NCBI GenBank assembly: GCA_964187785.1
Contig: OZ076409.1
Span: 61,010,001 to 61,074,000 of the forward strand
DNA: 64,000 nt
Source of the DNA: Amphiscolops sp. MND2022
Lineage: Eukaryota
Direction: 5' to 3'
Shown here: positions 33,445-45,879 of the stretch, piece by piece
Numbering within the stretch: the first letter of the stretch is position 1
How the letters are laid out: every line of letters begins with the position of its first letter
Position numbers and translations under genes: made by a program
The notes under the pieces: model-generated
Databases searched by the model: none
Told to the model about the DNA's origin: nothing
The model's input: the letters and a program-made list of their open reading frames with translations, nothing else

Positions 33445-34487
33445 ACTTTTGAATTGCATTTTAAGCCAAATTTCGTTGTTATTAGAAGTCAAACAGTTAA
33501 AATATATCCCTAATATCTTTCGTGAGGACAAAAAGGAGGCCTTTCAGTATACTAAAATGAAAAAAGATTTTGTGATGTTTTGGTCCCAATCGTGAGTAAA
33601 AAAATTACTCACGATTGGGACCAAAATTAGTCATGATTAATTTCACTTTTGAATTGCATTTTTAGCCAAAATTCGTTGCTATTAGAAGTTAGAGAGACAA
33701 ATCATGTCCATAATACCTTTCGAGCGAACAAAAGCCGGCCTCTAAAATTGGTAACCAATCGAAAATGTAGATTTAATGAAATGGTACATTTAATGTACCA
33801 TTTCATTAAATTCTGCCAGTTTTCAATAGTGAGCCAGATATGAATAAATGTCAGAATATTCTAAAACGTCATTGAATTTTGAGCAATTTTTCCATGACAC
33901 TAATACGGTATATCAAAATTTCATTGTTGACGTACAATAATACAGTCAGAATTAAATATTAACGTACTACCCCCTTCGGTAGTTGTTTTCTTACAGTTTA
34001 AGATATGTATGCGGTTTCCGCGACACATGTATAATGATATGGTCTTACTTTCCACAGTCGCTTTCGTGGCCATCGAACAGTGAATGCTATTTTGATGGAA
34101 ACAAGGACAATACAGTCAGATTTAAATATTGACGTACTACCCCCTTTGGTAGTTGTTTTCTTACAGTTTAAGATATGTATATGGTTTCCACGACACATGT
34201 ATAAAGACATGGTCTTACTTTCCACAATCGTTTTAGGACCATTCAAGAACGAACTCATTCGTTGAATGTTTATGGAAAAATGGCAGTTGATAAAAATCTG
34301 CTATATTTTGATGACAAGACAGTTATAAATAAATGCCATTTTTTAATAAAATGCTTGCAAAATTGTTTTCATGGTTTTCGTGAGACAAAGACTTTTTAAA
34401 GCCAAACTTTGTTGCTATTGGAAGTCAGACATTTAAAATATGTCCAAAAAATCTTTCGTGAGGACGAAAAAGAGGCCTCTTAGTATG
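33445..34487 (+). repeat. Composite B + A repeat block, last in the island
   Basis: Hairpin at 33578-33626; A units at ~33957-34265. 34265-34403 is the reverse complement of 13853-13990, and a B fragment runs to ~34487. Confidence 0.92.
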
Positions 34488-34550
34488 CCTATTTTCTCAA
34501 TTTATAAAAGAGGAAATGTTATATAGCAAATAACAAATCGTCCAATCAGA

Positions 34551-34623
34551 GGCGCTATGGCCGAATGGTTAGAGCGTTGGCTTCCTAATTATAAAGTATC
34601 GAGTTCGAATCTCTCCGACCGCA
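34551..34623 (+). pseudogene. tRNA-Arg(CCT)-derived sequence (pseudogene or SINE head)
   Basis: A box TGGCCGAATGG, anticodon loop TTCCTAA and B box GAGTTCGAATC are present, but the acceptor and anticodon stems pair poorly. Confidence 0.65.
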
Positions 34624-35119
34624 AAATCTTGGAATCCTTCGAAAAAATACATACTAGAAAAATTATATTTTGGTAATCGAACTTTGCTTTCTCGAAATTG
34701 TACATACTATTAATAAAGTATCATCCTTGTACATACTACTATTATCAAAACTCAATTGCGTATCGTTTAATATAGGTAGTACCACGAGTATTAAGTAGCA
34801 ACTGGGAGTGTTTGTATGTTTCGCCTTTTATCAGTATTCGTTTTCGCTTCCTTTGCCTTCGCTTCCTGTGGGTTGTGGCCCGTTACTTTTTGTGATCATC
34901 ACATTTTGCCCGAAGAAGTCCGTTTTTGTGCGGTTTAGCTCTCTCCCCTGCGCAGTTCTCGTTCAGCTGTCTAGACCTGGAAATGAGTCAGAATTTTATC
35001 CAGTTTACAAAAATGTTTGTTTGAAATTTCTGTGACAAAAATTATAAAAGTTGGAAATTGCAAATACTGACAAAACTTAATATACTTGGCACTTTTTTTA
35101 TTTTCATCAATTTAAAAAA

Positions 35120-35760
35120 AAATTACATATCAATGGAACTTGTTTTGATTGACACGAAAAATCCAAGAAGTATGAATAGAGATACTCGTGACTGGTACCA
35201 AAAATGAAGCAAGTCATCAAATAATGGCAGATTGTGATGATCTGGCAGTTTGTTCAAAACTGGTACTAAACTCGAAAATACGAATATTTGTGTAATATAA
35301 TATTCATTTTGCATGATCATTATTCGAAAGGCAGAAGAACTTGAATTAATTCAATTTTATATCAAAGGAAATTGTTTTGATTGACACAAAAAATCCAAGA
35401 AGTACGAATAGAGATACTCGTGACTGGTACCAAAAATGAAGCAAGTCATCAAATAATGGCAGATTGTGATGATCTGGCAGTTTGTTCAAAACTGGTACTA
35501 AACTTGAAAATACGAATATTTGTGTAATATAATATTCATTTTGCATGATCATTATTAGAAAGGCAGAAGAACTTGAATTAATTCAATTTTATATCAAAGG
35601 AAATTGTTTTGATTGACACAAAAAATCCAAGAAGTACGAATAGAGATACTCGTGACTGGTACCAAAAATGAAGCAAGTCATCAAATAATGGTAGATTGTG
35701 ATGATCTTGCAGTTTTTTCAAAACTGGTAATAAACTGAAAAATACAAAAATTTTGTGTGA
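35120..35760. repeat. Tandem repeat, ~232-bp unit x ~2.8
   Basis: GAATAGAGATACTCGTGACTGGTACC at ~35174, ~35406 and ~35638. Confidence 0.92.
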
Positions 35761-36159
35761 TATTGGTGTGATTGTCTGAATCATTTTGAATTAATATACG
35801 AAAAGTAGTGCATAATATCATGTTTGTTCAGTCATCCACTTGAATTTAATTCAAACAAGAAATGCCGCGTATCGCGTCCAGCATAAAGTCGTGGAATCCA
35901 GGAAATTTACGATTTCTGCAATCTGATTGGTTCATTTCGGAAAACTTACGTTTTTGTGGAATCCGGGACACCGCTGCATGCCGACAGTTCGTACAGCTAA
36001 GCATATGTTACTGGAATCCAGGACTAAATCCGTGGAATCCGGGACAAATGACGTAATTTGCCAATTTTGCACTGTTAAAGGTATGGTCTTGGAATCCACG
36101 ATATTGAACGCACTATGCTGCGCTTTCAGCAAATAAGGCTTGCCTGTGCACTGTAATGT

Positions 36160-39100
36160 TCCTCATTTTGAATTTTTGCTTTTAATTGAAGCAGGATTGG
36201 ATCTTTGGATTGCTCTAGCAGTATTTGGTTAGTTCTGCGAAGTTTCTGGGTGACATTAGTTATCTCATCGACAACATTTTCAGATATGGCGTCAATCTGG
36301 ATAACAGTCTCCGTGACCTTGAGTCCTTCTTTTGATTGTCTTTTCCGTTCCCAAATTTGTTCTTCTGTTTCATTATCTTCCTCGGTAAAAAACACTTGTT
36401 CTTCTTCGGACACACCGGCCGATTGGATTGCGTTTCAACGACTTCAACGGGTTGCGTTTCAACGTCTGCACGAATTTTCAGGACTAACTTTTCAGTAGGG
36501 TCCATTTCCATACGGGACAGATAGTCTGCCGCTGTATTGTTCTTGCCTGGAATGTGAGCTAATGTGAAATTGAACTGAATGACAAAATCACAAGCATTCC
36601 ATAATGGTGGCGGGATAATCTTGGTCTGGAAGAACCTTGTGACCGATTTATTATCGGTAAGGGTAATTACCGGTTTAGGCGTCCCCCAGAATATATGTCC
36701 GAATTCTTTGAAGGCAAAATATATGGCGAGGAATTCTTTCGCATAAATCGACATTTTAAGTTGGGAAGGAATAAAAGTTTTCGAGCCATAAGCAATAGGC
36801 GCATAGGATTTCTTGACCGAAGTGAATTTTTGGTTTGGGTCGTCTTCAGTGAGTATAGCATATCCTGCTGCCGTAAAGCTGGCATCTGTCATCAGGACTA
36901 GCTGTCGATTCGGCAATGGCTGTCGCAAAGCTAGCTGGCTACATCGATCCAGATCTCTATTGATTTCATTGAATTGTTCAATTAACTTCGATGTCACCAA
37001 GACCTTCTCGTCCTTCTTGAGTAGTTGAAAGAAGGGAACCAGCTTTTCTGACAGTCTCGGTATGTAGTTTTTGTAATAATTGAGGAATCCAAGGTATCGT
37101 TGCAAGGCTTTTTTGGATTTCGGGAATTTAGTTTTTTCTAGGAAGTTTGTGATACTTTCCTTTTGAGGCTTGACGCCCTCTGGGGTGATTGTTGTTCCCA
37201 AAAAGTCAATTTCTGTTGCACCAAAATGACATTTGTGCATTGTGAGTTTTAATCCAGCCTCTCTTATGCATTCAAATGTGGCTCGGAGGTTTTTGATCAA
37301 ATGTTCAGCATCATTTGCTGCTATGCCAATGTCGTCGACATATTGCGCACATTGGTCTGCCTTGATAACGCGGTCCAAGTATTCCCTCATGAAGCTAGAG
37401 AAGGCCGACAGGGCTCTACTGAGTCCCTGGGCCAATCTTCTGTAAGCGAAGGTTCTGCTGGCAAAATTGAAGGCCAGCATTTCGATAGACCTTTGGTCTG
37501 CCATTTGGAGGCAGTGGTACGCCTGTGAGCAATCGAGTTTGCAAAAGAGCTTCTTCCCGGCCATATGTTGCGCGGCGTCCGTCAGGGTACTAACTGGGTG
37601 ATTATTATTGATATAATCGTCAGAGATCAGATTTTTGATCTTCCTGAGGTCCACTAGTAGTCGTAGTTTCCCATTGGGCTTCTTTTGTGCGAAGATGGGA
37701 CTAGCGTATTTGGAGAACGGCAACGTAGTTATGATGCCGTATTTGTGGAGTAACGCCAACTCAACTAGGATATCCTCTTTTAAATTGATTGGAGTCGGTA
37801 AGCTTTGGCTATAGGCGGGTGAGTCGTCCTTCGGGGTCAATTTGACCGTGAACTCCTCGTTCATCCCAATATCAAATCTATGACGTGCAAATATGTCATG
37901 AAATTCCACTAAGAGAGCTTCTATTTGTTTGATTTCATGCTGTTGTAGCATTGAGTCTTTCCAATCAAAATTACTGAGGAATTTTTGCCGAGATTCTTCA
38001 TTTTCTTGAGGATTGAGGATTTCTGCCTCTTGCAGCTTTCGTAATTCTTTGAGTATTCTTTTTTGTATTGGCGTGTGGGACGCTTCGTCCCCCGGATTCT
38101 CAGGAGTTGGGAACCAATATTGTTCATATTGGTCATTGTTCCTGTTGGCTTTAAGAAGGCTGCTAATAAATTGAACAGCGTCTTCTTCGTTTTCGTTGAG
38201 TAGGTGCCAGGTGGACACTGGGTCTATTGGCCTGACATGTTTCATCTGCTCCGGCGTCATTACTGAGAAGTTGGCTATGTGCATCTCCTTTTTGAGTTTG
38301 TAGGGTTGGTCAGTAAAATTATTAATGTGTATCCTCGTGGTCCCTCTATCCAGTGTAATTATGGCAGCGCAGAATGTTATGTCATTTTCATCATTTAGAG
38401 GTTCACTGGGCTGTAAAATCCCAGTGACAGCATTTTCTGCTTAAATTCTGGATTGAATGGAGATGATTGTACGGTCGTTTGGCGGAATTGTTACATCCTG
38501 GGGGTTGAGGATGGGCTCCATGACGTTCGAGTATTTGTGGTCAGCCGTTTTCAATTGCATCGAGAAAAAGGGGAAGTTGAGTATGCCTTGGCGCATATCT
38601 AGGACTGTGTGATTTCTTTGTAAGAACATAAGTCCAATTATGGGGCTGAATAGTTTTTCCATCACAATGAAGATTTCATGGAACTCAATGTCCCCTACTT
38701 CAAATTTGAATTCCACTGTATTTTTGGGAGTCTCTAGGTCAACATTTGCGACCATGATTTGGAAAGATGGGGCAGGTCCCTCTTTGACTATGGATTGAGG
38801 CGCTAATAGTCGTATTTTCCTGAGGTCTGCTTCTGGTATTGCACTGGAGTGGGTCCCAGTGTCTATGAGTCCATCTAACGTTAGTTCTCCAAAGTCCATT
38901 GGGAAATATAACATCCGCCTTTTAATTTTGGGTCCAAGATTGGTGGAAAGAGGAACGTATGATGGTTCACCTTGTTGTTCCACTAAAATATGCAAGAAGG
39001 CTGTTTCATCCAGAAGGCTATTGAGGTCTTGGTGATCTTCTTGCTCTGGAGTTTCCTCTATTTCTCCTAAGATTACTTCAGAAATTGGCTGCCAAAGTTC

Positions 39101-41205
39101 AATGAGGACCCTAGAGAGTTTGGTGTCCTCTATCTGGGGATCGCCCTCATCGTCCGTTGGGGGATAGTCTTCGTTCCGAAATTGGAGATTCCGTTTGTCG
39201 TATAATTCATCATCCCAATACGGATCTTTGCCATACTCAGCGTCAATGTATTGAGGGTGGTAGTCTTCGACCAATGGTAAGGGACGGAATTGAGTCTCAA
39301 AGTCTTTAGTGTAGTCAGTTTCGTAAAATCGGTCTAGGCGATCGTTGTTTACTTGTTTATAGGTTTTGATGTAGGTTTTCTCCATCTGTTGCAGCCAGAC
39401 GACGGATGGGGTGCCTGTGGTATCTTTTATATAGTGTCGGAAGGTTATAATTGGAGGATCTGAAATGACATACTGTCGAACCGACATATGGTCATGTATT
39501 TGGAGTCGTGGCAAAATTAGTTTTTTGGATCTGTCTTTTTGGTATTGGATTGGCTTGAGCTAGTGGTCGTCGCGTCACCTGGTGTTTTAGGTTTGCTTTT
39601 GGAAGTTGAGGCGTTTGCATCCTTTTGCTCCGCTTGTAACCTCTTGGGACGCAGGTGGGCACCGGCGCCTTGCCAACATCTTTCGGTTGAGTGGTTCTTT
39701 TTCCCGCATGTGTCACATGGTGGGTAAGTAGGACGCTGTGGTTTTTTGCCATCTTTTTCCTCCATTTCTTTCTTTTTCTTGAGTTTAGGACAGCTTTTGT
39801 AATAATGTCCTGTTGCCTTACAATAGGAACATTGAGCATCTTTATTGGTGTTGATGCCGTTAGAGAGCAAATTGCTTTGGTTTGTTGACGCCGAGGCCAT
39901 AGTGGCCATTGGCAAGTCGTCTGACTCTTCTAATGCATTAAGTTCTAGCTCTCTTTCAAGATGAGCAACTATTTCTTCATACGTCCCGTTCTCCAACCGG
40001 GCCATGTTGACAGATCGTTTTAATTTTGGTGGAAGTTTCGCGTATAACAAACTGTCAATCATGCTTTTCACATTTTCACCAAAAGCTTTTTCACCTCCTT
40101 GGTTCAATTCTTCCAAGAAGTCCGGCAATTTCATGGTACTTGGGTCGAACGTCAGTCGATGCCATTTGTGTTTTGCCGTCGCTTGGGATTCCGGTTTAAC
40201 GTACTTTCTCCGGAATATGACCAGTACGTCTTCTAGAGTCTGACGGTTGATGGAGTTTATGTTCCTAAATGTCTGTAATGCCCCTTTTCGTAGCAATGAA
40301 TGGAAATGGTTGATTTTCATCTATTCTGTCATTGCAGGTTGCATTTTTATCATCGTGTGGAACAAGTCCTCAAAAAGCTCGAAGTTTTCGCTTTTTCCGT
40401 CAAACGTCATTGGAGTTGTTTGGACAGGTCTGATGGTCATAGTTTGTGGTTTATTTTGCAAATTGACTAATACATCAGCCAATCTGTTGAACGGGTCCTG
40501 CTGTGGCTCTGGGACCTCGGGGTCTGGGGCTGGCAGAGTCGCGTCTAGAGAGACATTGTGGTTGGAATGTTGCCTCTGGAGGTTTGGGATTGAGTGGATT
40601 CGTCCAGTCAGGAATCCAGGAATTTGCAGTTGGGTATCAATAGCTCCTGTCACCATGTGAGAATCATGACCCATGGTATCTCTTAGATCTCCTACTGATC
40701 GTGAATCTTTCCTTGCAAATTTCATTTTAGGCCCAGATGCGCTTTCCCTGTTTTCCTGACTATTCGGGGACAAACTGGCCTCAGTGTCCCTGTGCCCAGC
40801 AGAGGACATGCAACTAGCAATGTTTTGGATTTCTGGAATGACTCTTTCATTTATAGCTGTCGTAATGGCCCTATTTATTTGATTATGCATCATTGACATC
40901 ATAGAGTCCATTTCCTGAGACAATCTAAGGTTAAATTCATTTGAGAAAGTCTCAAAAGATTGTTTAACTTCATTTTGTCTCAACATATCATTTTCATGAG
41001 AGTAATCTCTATATTCACTCTCTCGGTACATATTAGTATCTGCGTCTCCGTGGGCCGATGATTGATCTATAGCCTCAGCTTGCTCTCTTTCTATGGTGTT
41101 GCCATTCCCATTTTCTAGCATCACGTCTAAGTTTTCAAAATCGGACAGCATGTCCATTTCCCTAGACTTTCTAGCTTTAGCCTTTTGTCTTCTTGTTGAA
41201 GGCAT
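36160..41205 (-). mobile_element. Ty3/gypsy element, gag-pro-RT-RNase H, 3'-truncated before integrase, with stops
   Basis: gag 41205-39517 (in-frame stop at 40321-40323, CCHC knuckle), protease LIDTG (38441-39514), RT YVDD and RNase H TDAS/DYLSR (36260-38284). Confidence 0.95.
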
Positions 41206-42192
41206 AAGAGATCAGTACAAGATAAAGAAGTGAATTAACTTTCTTAGCTTGCAAATTCAGTGTGAGATTACTGGGTATCAAGTAACAAGCATGTAGTAAA
41301 GTCAAAATTATTGTCCCCGGGACTAAATGTCTCCGCTATATATATAACAAACTACATGACACGCGTAATATTGATCATCATATTCTAATAATAGCCTTAA
41401 GGGCATTCTAAAAATAGCAACAGTTCTAAATATAGTAACGGTTAATTAGTGACATCATCATAATTTACATACATCAAAAGGCCTTTCCTGACAATTATTG
41501 TGGCGGGAAGACTGAAGGTCCATGCGGACAAGCAACGACATACATGTATGAACGAAATAAACTACATGTATTTCAACATTTTCTAATTGCATGAAGTATA
41601 TTAAAGGCATTGATGGCGTACTATTTAACGCAGATTACATGTCTTTTAAGGACTAATAATTCACTAAATAAGACAATAAAGCACCGGTTATTATGTAATT
41701 CATAACACGTTCCAGCTAGCGCTTTTAATTTCATAAACGGCCTCAGCGTCCAATCGACATGAGTGGACCGAGATATTATTGACTGGCGGCATATGGCCGT
41801 TCAGTCCCTTTAATCTAGAAGCATAATACATCACCGAATAAAGAAAGTACTGCACTGTGATTGACAAACGAATTAATTGGACTGGTAGACCAAGGCGACA
41901 GGCGAGAAAACATTCGAACGCGTTTCCTTTACCTGTACGCCTTGGTGTCCAATTAGCTTACATATTATCACTGATGTATTAATTTTACATGAAATTGCAT
42001 AATACAAAACATAACAAAATAATAGATTTACATGACTTTCTAGGGCGATTATAAAAGTTTTCTTGTGAGATTAATTTAATGGAAGGGTGTAGGGCTGCAC
42101 TTTCTTGTAATTGTGGCAGATTGAATATAAAGTGCCATCACAGGCGGACGCCTGGGACACGTCACTATGCGAATTTCACTGGAGCGAGGTTA

Positions 42193-44077
42193 CGTCAACA
42201 ATAGTTGTCATGAACATTTAGGTCAGGGAAATCATTGTTTAATTGATTCTCATTTTGTTCATTTCTCAAGTTGTTCTTTGCGTTTAGCTTTCGCTGAACT
42301 TCGGAATTTAGTTCCGGTCTCTCGGACGGAACGTCCCATCCCTTTCTGGTCCTGTGTCCCGATCCGGCCATAATAACATTTTGGATCTGAGGAAGCACTT
42401 GAGTGCTTATTGCATCGCTTATGGCCCTTTGTATCTGATCACTCACAGAATTCATCATCTCATCCATTTCTCGTGAAATGCGGGAATTTAATTCACTTGA
42501 CAACCTGTTTATTTCAGCGCTAGAATTGCCAGTAACTGAATTGCGGTCCTACTCGGTATTTGTCCTAGAGTTAATATTTCTCTGGGTTTCACCTATGTTC
42601 CCCTCCTCATTTTCGGACTCGTTGCTTACAAAACTTCTAGGTCTCCTGGGCAAATTACTATTCAAACTGCCTTCTCTTTCTCTACTGTTAAAATGGTTCT
42701 CACCTAACATGATGTCTAAATTCTCGATATCAGATAACATTTCAAGTCCTCTTGACTTCCTTGCCTTTTTCTGTTTTCTAGCGGTTGGCATTGAAACAAT
42801 TCCGAATTAAATAATAAATTAAACAACTCGGAAAAACAACAGCGGAGCCGTTTTTAATTCAATCTCTACTAGTAGCGTCTTAAATGAATTGTGTCCCACT
42901 CAGGTCAAGTATCAGTATATATACTCATGAGGGGATGACATTCACATCCTTTACATACTTCTAGTTAAGATTAGTATTTTGTGGAATGTAAGGTACAACG
43001 TTTCGAAAGATATTTAAGTTATCAAATACCTCCAGTTACATATTTTACATATCATTGAATAGCATCAGAGCGCATGTTCCAACAAAATCCCTATTGGGTG
43101 ACTTCCTAACATATACATGTATGTCATAACTGTAACATCAAACACTCAACATTTTGGTCGGCAAACATACCGGTACTTCAAACAACATATTCAAGGAAAT
43201 ATTATTATTTCATTGTCAACAAATATCCTCACGTGTTGATGGATTGCAAAACACGCACCATTGGTCTGTCATACTGACACGTGCCGCCATGCGGCTGTTA
43301 ATCCGCACAGGGGGAGGCAAGATCAAATAATACATGTTCAGTCATCACGCTATTGAAACAAAGTGTATTCTAGTAAAGCCGAAATTGACCAAATCCAAGT
43401 TATTAGTATAGCTTCAAAGGAAGAGGGGTAAAAGGTCTTATTCGGTTTTTGATTAATACTTGGTTTATTGAACCCTCAAAGATTAACACTAGTGTTATTT
43501 AGCACTGAGTACACGTCCAGAGAGATTCCTGATTAACTTAATTAACCATAAGTACAAATATTTCAGCGTTGACGTATTTCACCAAGAAGGCCGGAAACGG
43601 CCGTTTGACCAAGGCATAGAATGAAGTACATTTATTCAGTCAATTGGCCTTACTCGACCATTAACATATCAGAGTTGTATTGAGTTTGTAAATTGGAGCG
43701 TTGTGATTGGCCAGGACAGCGAGCTCAAGTGACGCTTTTGGATTAGCACTGTGCATCACTTGAACTCGTTTCCTACACCGCTTTACAGTTGCTTGTATTT
43801 ACGTATCTTTCAATCTGATAATTCACATTCTAACTGCACTTCAATACATAGTAACCCGATCTGGATATTTCCAAATCGTATAATTTTAACAGACTAATAT
43901 GTATACGTGTATAAATGAGAAAACTTAACAACGTCAATAAATGCAACATATCCAAAACAACAAAACAGTGTAAAAGTTTGTTTAATTGTTCTTTTGACTA
44001 ATAAATGGGAAGCGTGCCGGAAGCTGTCTCCTGTCCTTGCGTAGTCGTCGTGATCTTAGTGCCGTCACAGGCGGCAG
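42193..44077 (-). repeat. ~1.9-kb direct repeat of 56596-58477 (accessory-ORF tail, non-coding region, gag N-terminus)
   Basis: Near-identical sequence at an offset of ~14.4 kb; gag start MPTARKQKK at 42791 vs MPTTRKQK at 57177. Confidence 0.95.
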
Positions 44078-44711
44078 CCTGCGACACTGCGGGTGCTAGG
44101 AAAAGGAAGCTGCCGGCGTTAAGACCAGTTGAATAGGCTTCGCTTCGTAGCGCGGTGATATAAGCGGGCTCACTCTTGGGCGTAGATCTTGTCATATACC
44201 AGTTGATCTTCTCTTGTTTTATCTGATCAGTTGACTTACCGCAAACCATGCAACTGTGACATCTCTGTCGGCTTAGGTCCGCGTACGGTAACACATTTTG
44301 TATATGGTAAGAGGCGTGGAAATTGTCACTTACTGTTTGCGGTATTGGAGTGTCCAGTGATGGTCCCTTTTCATGTTCTGGGGGAGACATAGGTGATTCT
44401 AGGACCGGTAGCACGGTACTACACAGTTCGATTCTTGTCTTCTGCTTCTTGGAGGGTGCAAGGCACTTTTCCTTGTCAAAGTATTTGAAGCCCAGTTTGG
44501 GGGTAGAGGGTGGAACCATTTGCGCGTTGCTAGGTCCCGCTTCCATCTCCTCATCTAATCCTTCAGTTGTCATCACTCGTCCCGTGATGAGTATCGAACT
44601 TGATTTGACTTCCCGTTCGATCCTATTGATCAGTGCCTCCGTGTCCGTTGACCAGTCTGAATCCCAATCACTGGATACTTCGTCCTCGCTGTCACTGGAA
44701 ATGTAAATCAC
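43998..44711 (-). CDS. Accessory ORF of unknown function (237 aa, CxxCxxC) in the gypsy unit
   Basis: Open frame on the gag-pol strand; its 3' end recurs at 58388-58477. Confidence 0.55.
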   Translation of the reverse strand: MIYISSDSEDEVSSDWDSDWSTDTEALINRIEREVKSSSILITGRVMTTEGLDEEMEAGPSNAQMVPPSTPKLGFKYFDKEKCLAPSKKQKTRIELCSTVLPVLESPMSPPEHEKGPSLDTPIPQTVSDNFHASYHIQNVLPYADLSRQRCHSCMVCGKSTDQIKQEKINWYMTRSTPKSEPAYITALRSEAYSTGLNAGSFLFLAPAVSQAAACDGTKITTTTQGQETASGTLPIY

Positions 44712-45879
44712 TGAATCCGCTTATTCTTCAGAGCTTTGCTCTTCGAAATCAAAGAGCTTTTTCGATAGGTTGAATCTCTGCATTATTAGTTTTTTCGCAA
44801 TCTTGATGTAAGAGTAACTGGTTTAGTCAGTGCAAGAGGTAACTGGTTTAGTCAAAACTTCGAAGTGGAATGAAACCCCTAATTTCTAGAACTCAGCCGA
44901 ATCAGGCCTTTTCCCGGCATCTCATTTTGGCGGTTGAATCTTCGGTAAAACAACCTAATCCGACATAAACATTCCTGAATGGAATTTCATAATTGGTCGG
45001 CAGTCTTTGATAGTTTGATGTTTACCCCCCATCAATATCATCACTAGAAGGGGTGTGAGTGACGCTCGAATTATTAATATCAACTACACCAGTCTCAAGT
45101 GGGTAATTAACGGGCCGCTTGAAAACAATTAACGGCACGTGTCACTGAGTCTTCTCAAAATGGCTTCAGCCAATCAGGGCCCAGCTTCGATTAACTGATA
45201 AATGAATAACTAAAATGGCGAAAATGATAAACTTGAATAATCCAAAATGGCGGAAATTCTAATTAAGGTAATAGGGATAACGGAACAAAACGGTAAACCA
45301 AGATAAGGCAAACGGCCATAATCGGCCTTTAACTAGTCAAGCTGTTAATAATGAAGAAATTCTTGTACACATCGCTGGCAGACTCCATGTACAATTTTAA
45401 TAAATATGTAGATAACAATATAATATTAGTCTGGTAATCTCTTCAGCCACGAACTCCAAATTTTCGATTCAATTACATCTTTGTAAACCTCTCGTTCTAT
45501 TTATATTCCATTCCAACTCCATTTATATATCAATTGTTTCTTTTACTTGGATCCACCTAGCTGATACTCCTCTCCCTTTTGTCTTCAACTTTGCTGCTGA
45601 GCCTCCTCTTTGCAGTATTCCGAATCATCCTCTCCTGCCGAGTCCGGCTGAAATCCCCTATTTCCAGCAGCTGGTCCAGAACTACATTTTCCGAGTCGAC
45701 GGTCCAGAAAGAACATGTCTTCCAATCCAGGTTGCTTTGATTTTCAATTATCGAACTAGTTTAGCTTGATTAGGGCTATACTTTTTTCATATATTGCTTC
45801 CTCTTTCCACAAATAAACACGTGATAACACGTTTCATTCAAGTTTTCAAACACTTCCGGAAGATTTCTGACGCGGCAAA

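Noticed and set aside
34551..34623. Functional tRNA-Arg gene
   Set aside because: Acceptor and anticodon stems do not pair properly, so it is listed as tRNA-derived only.
35123..35784. Three similar 65-68-aa minus-strand ORFs
   Set aside because: Translations of the 232-bp tandem repeat with no domain signal.
42193..44077. Calling the 1.9-kb direct repeat a conventional LTR pair
   Set aside because: It contains gag and accessory-ORF coding sequence and lacks evident TG..CA termini.
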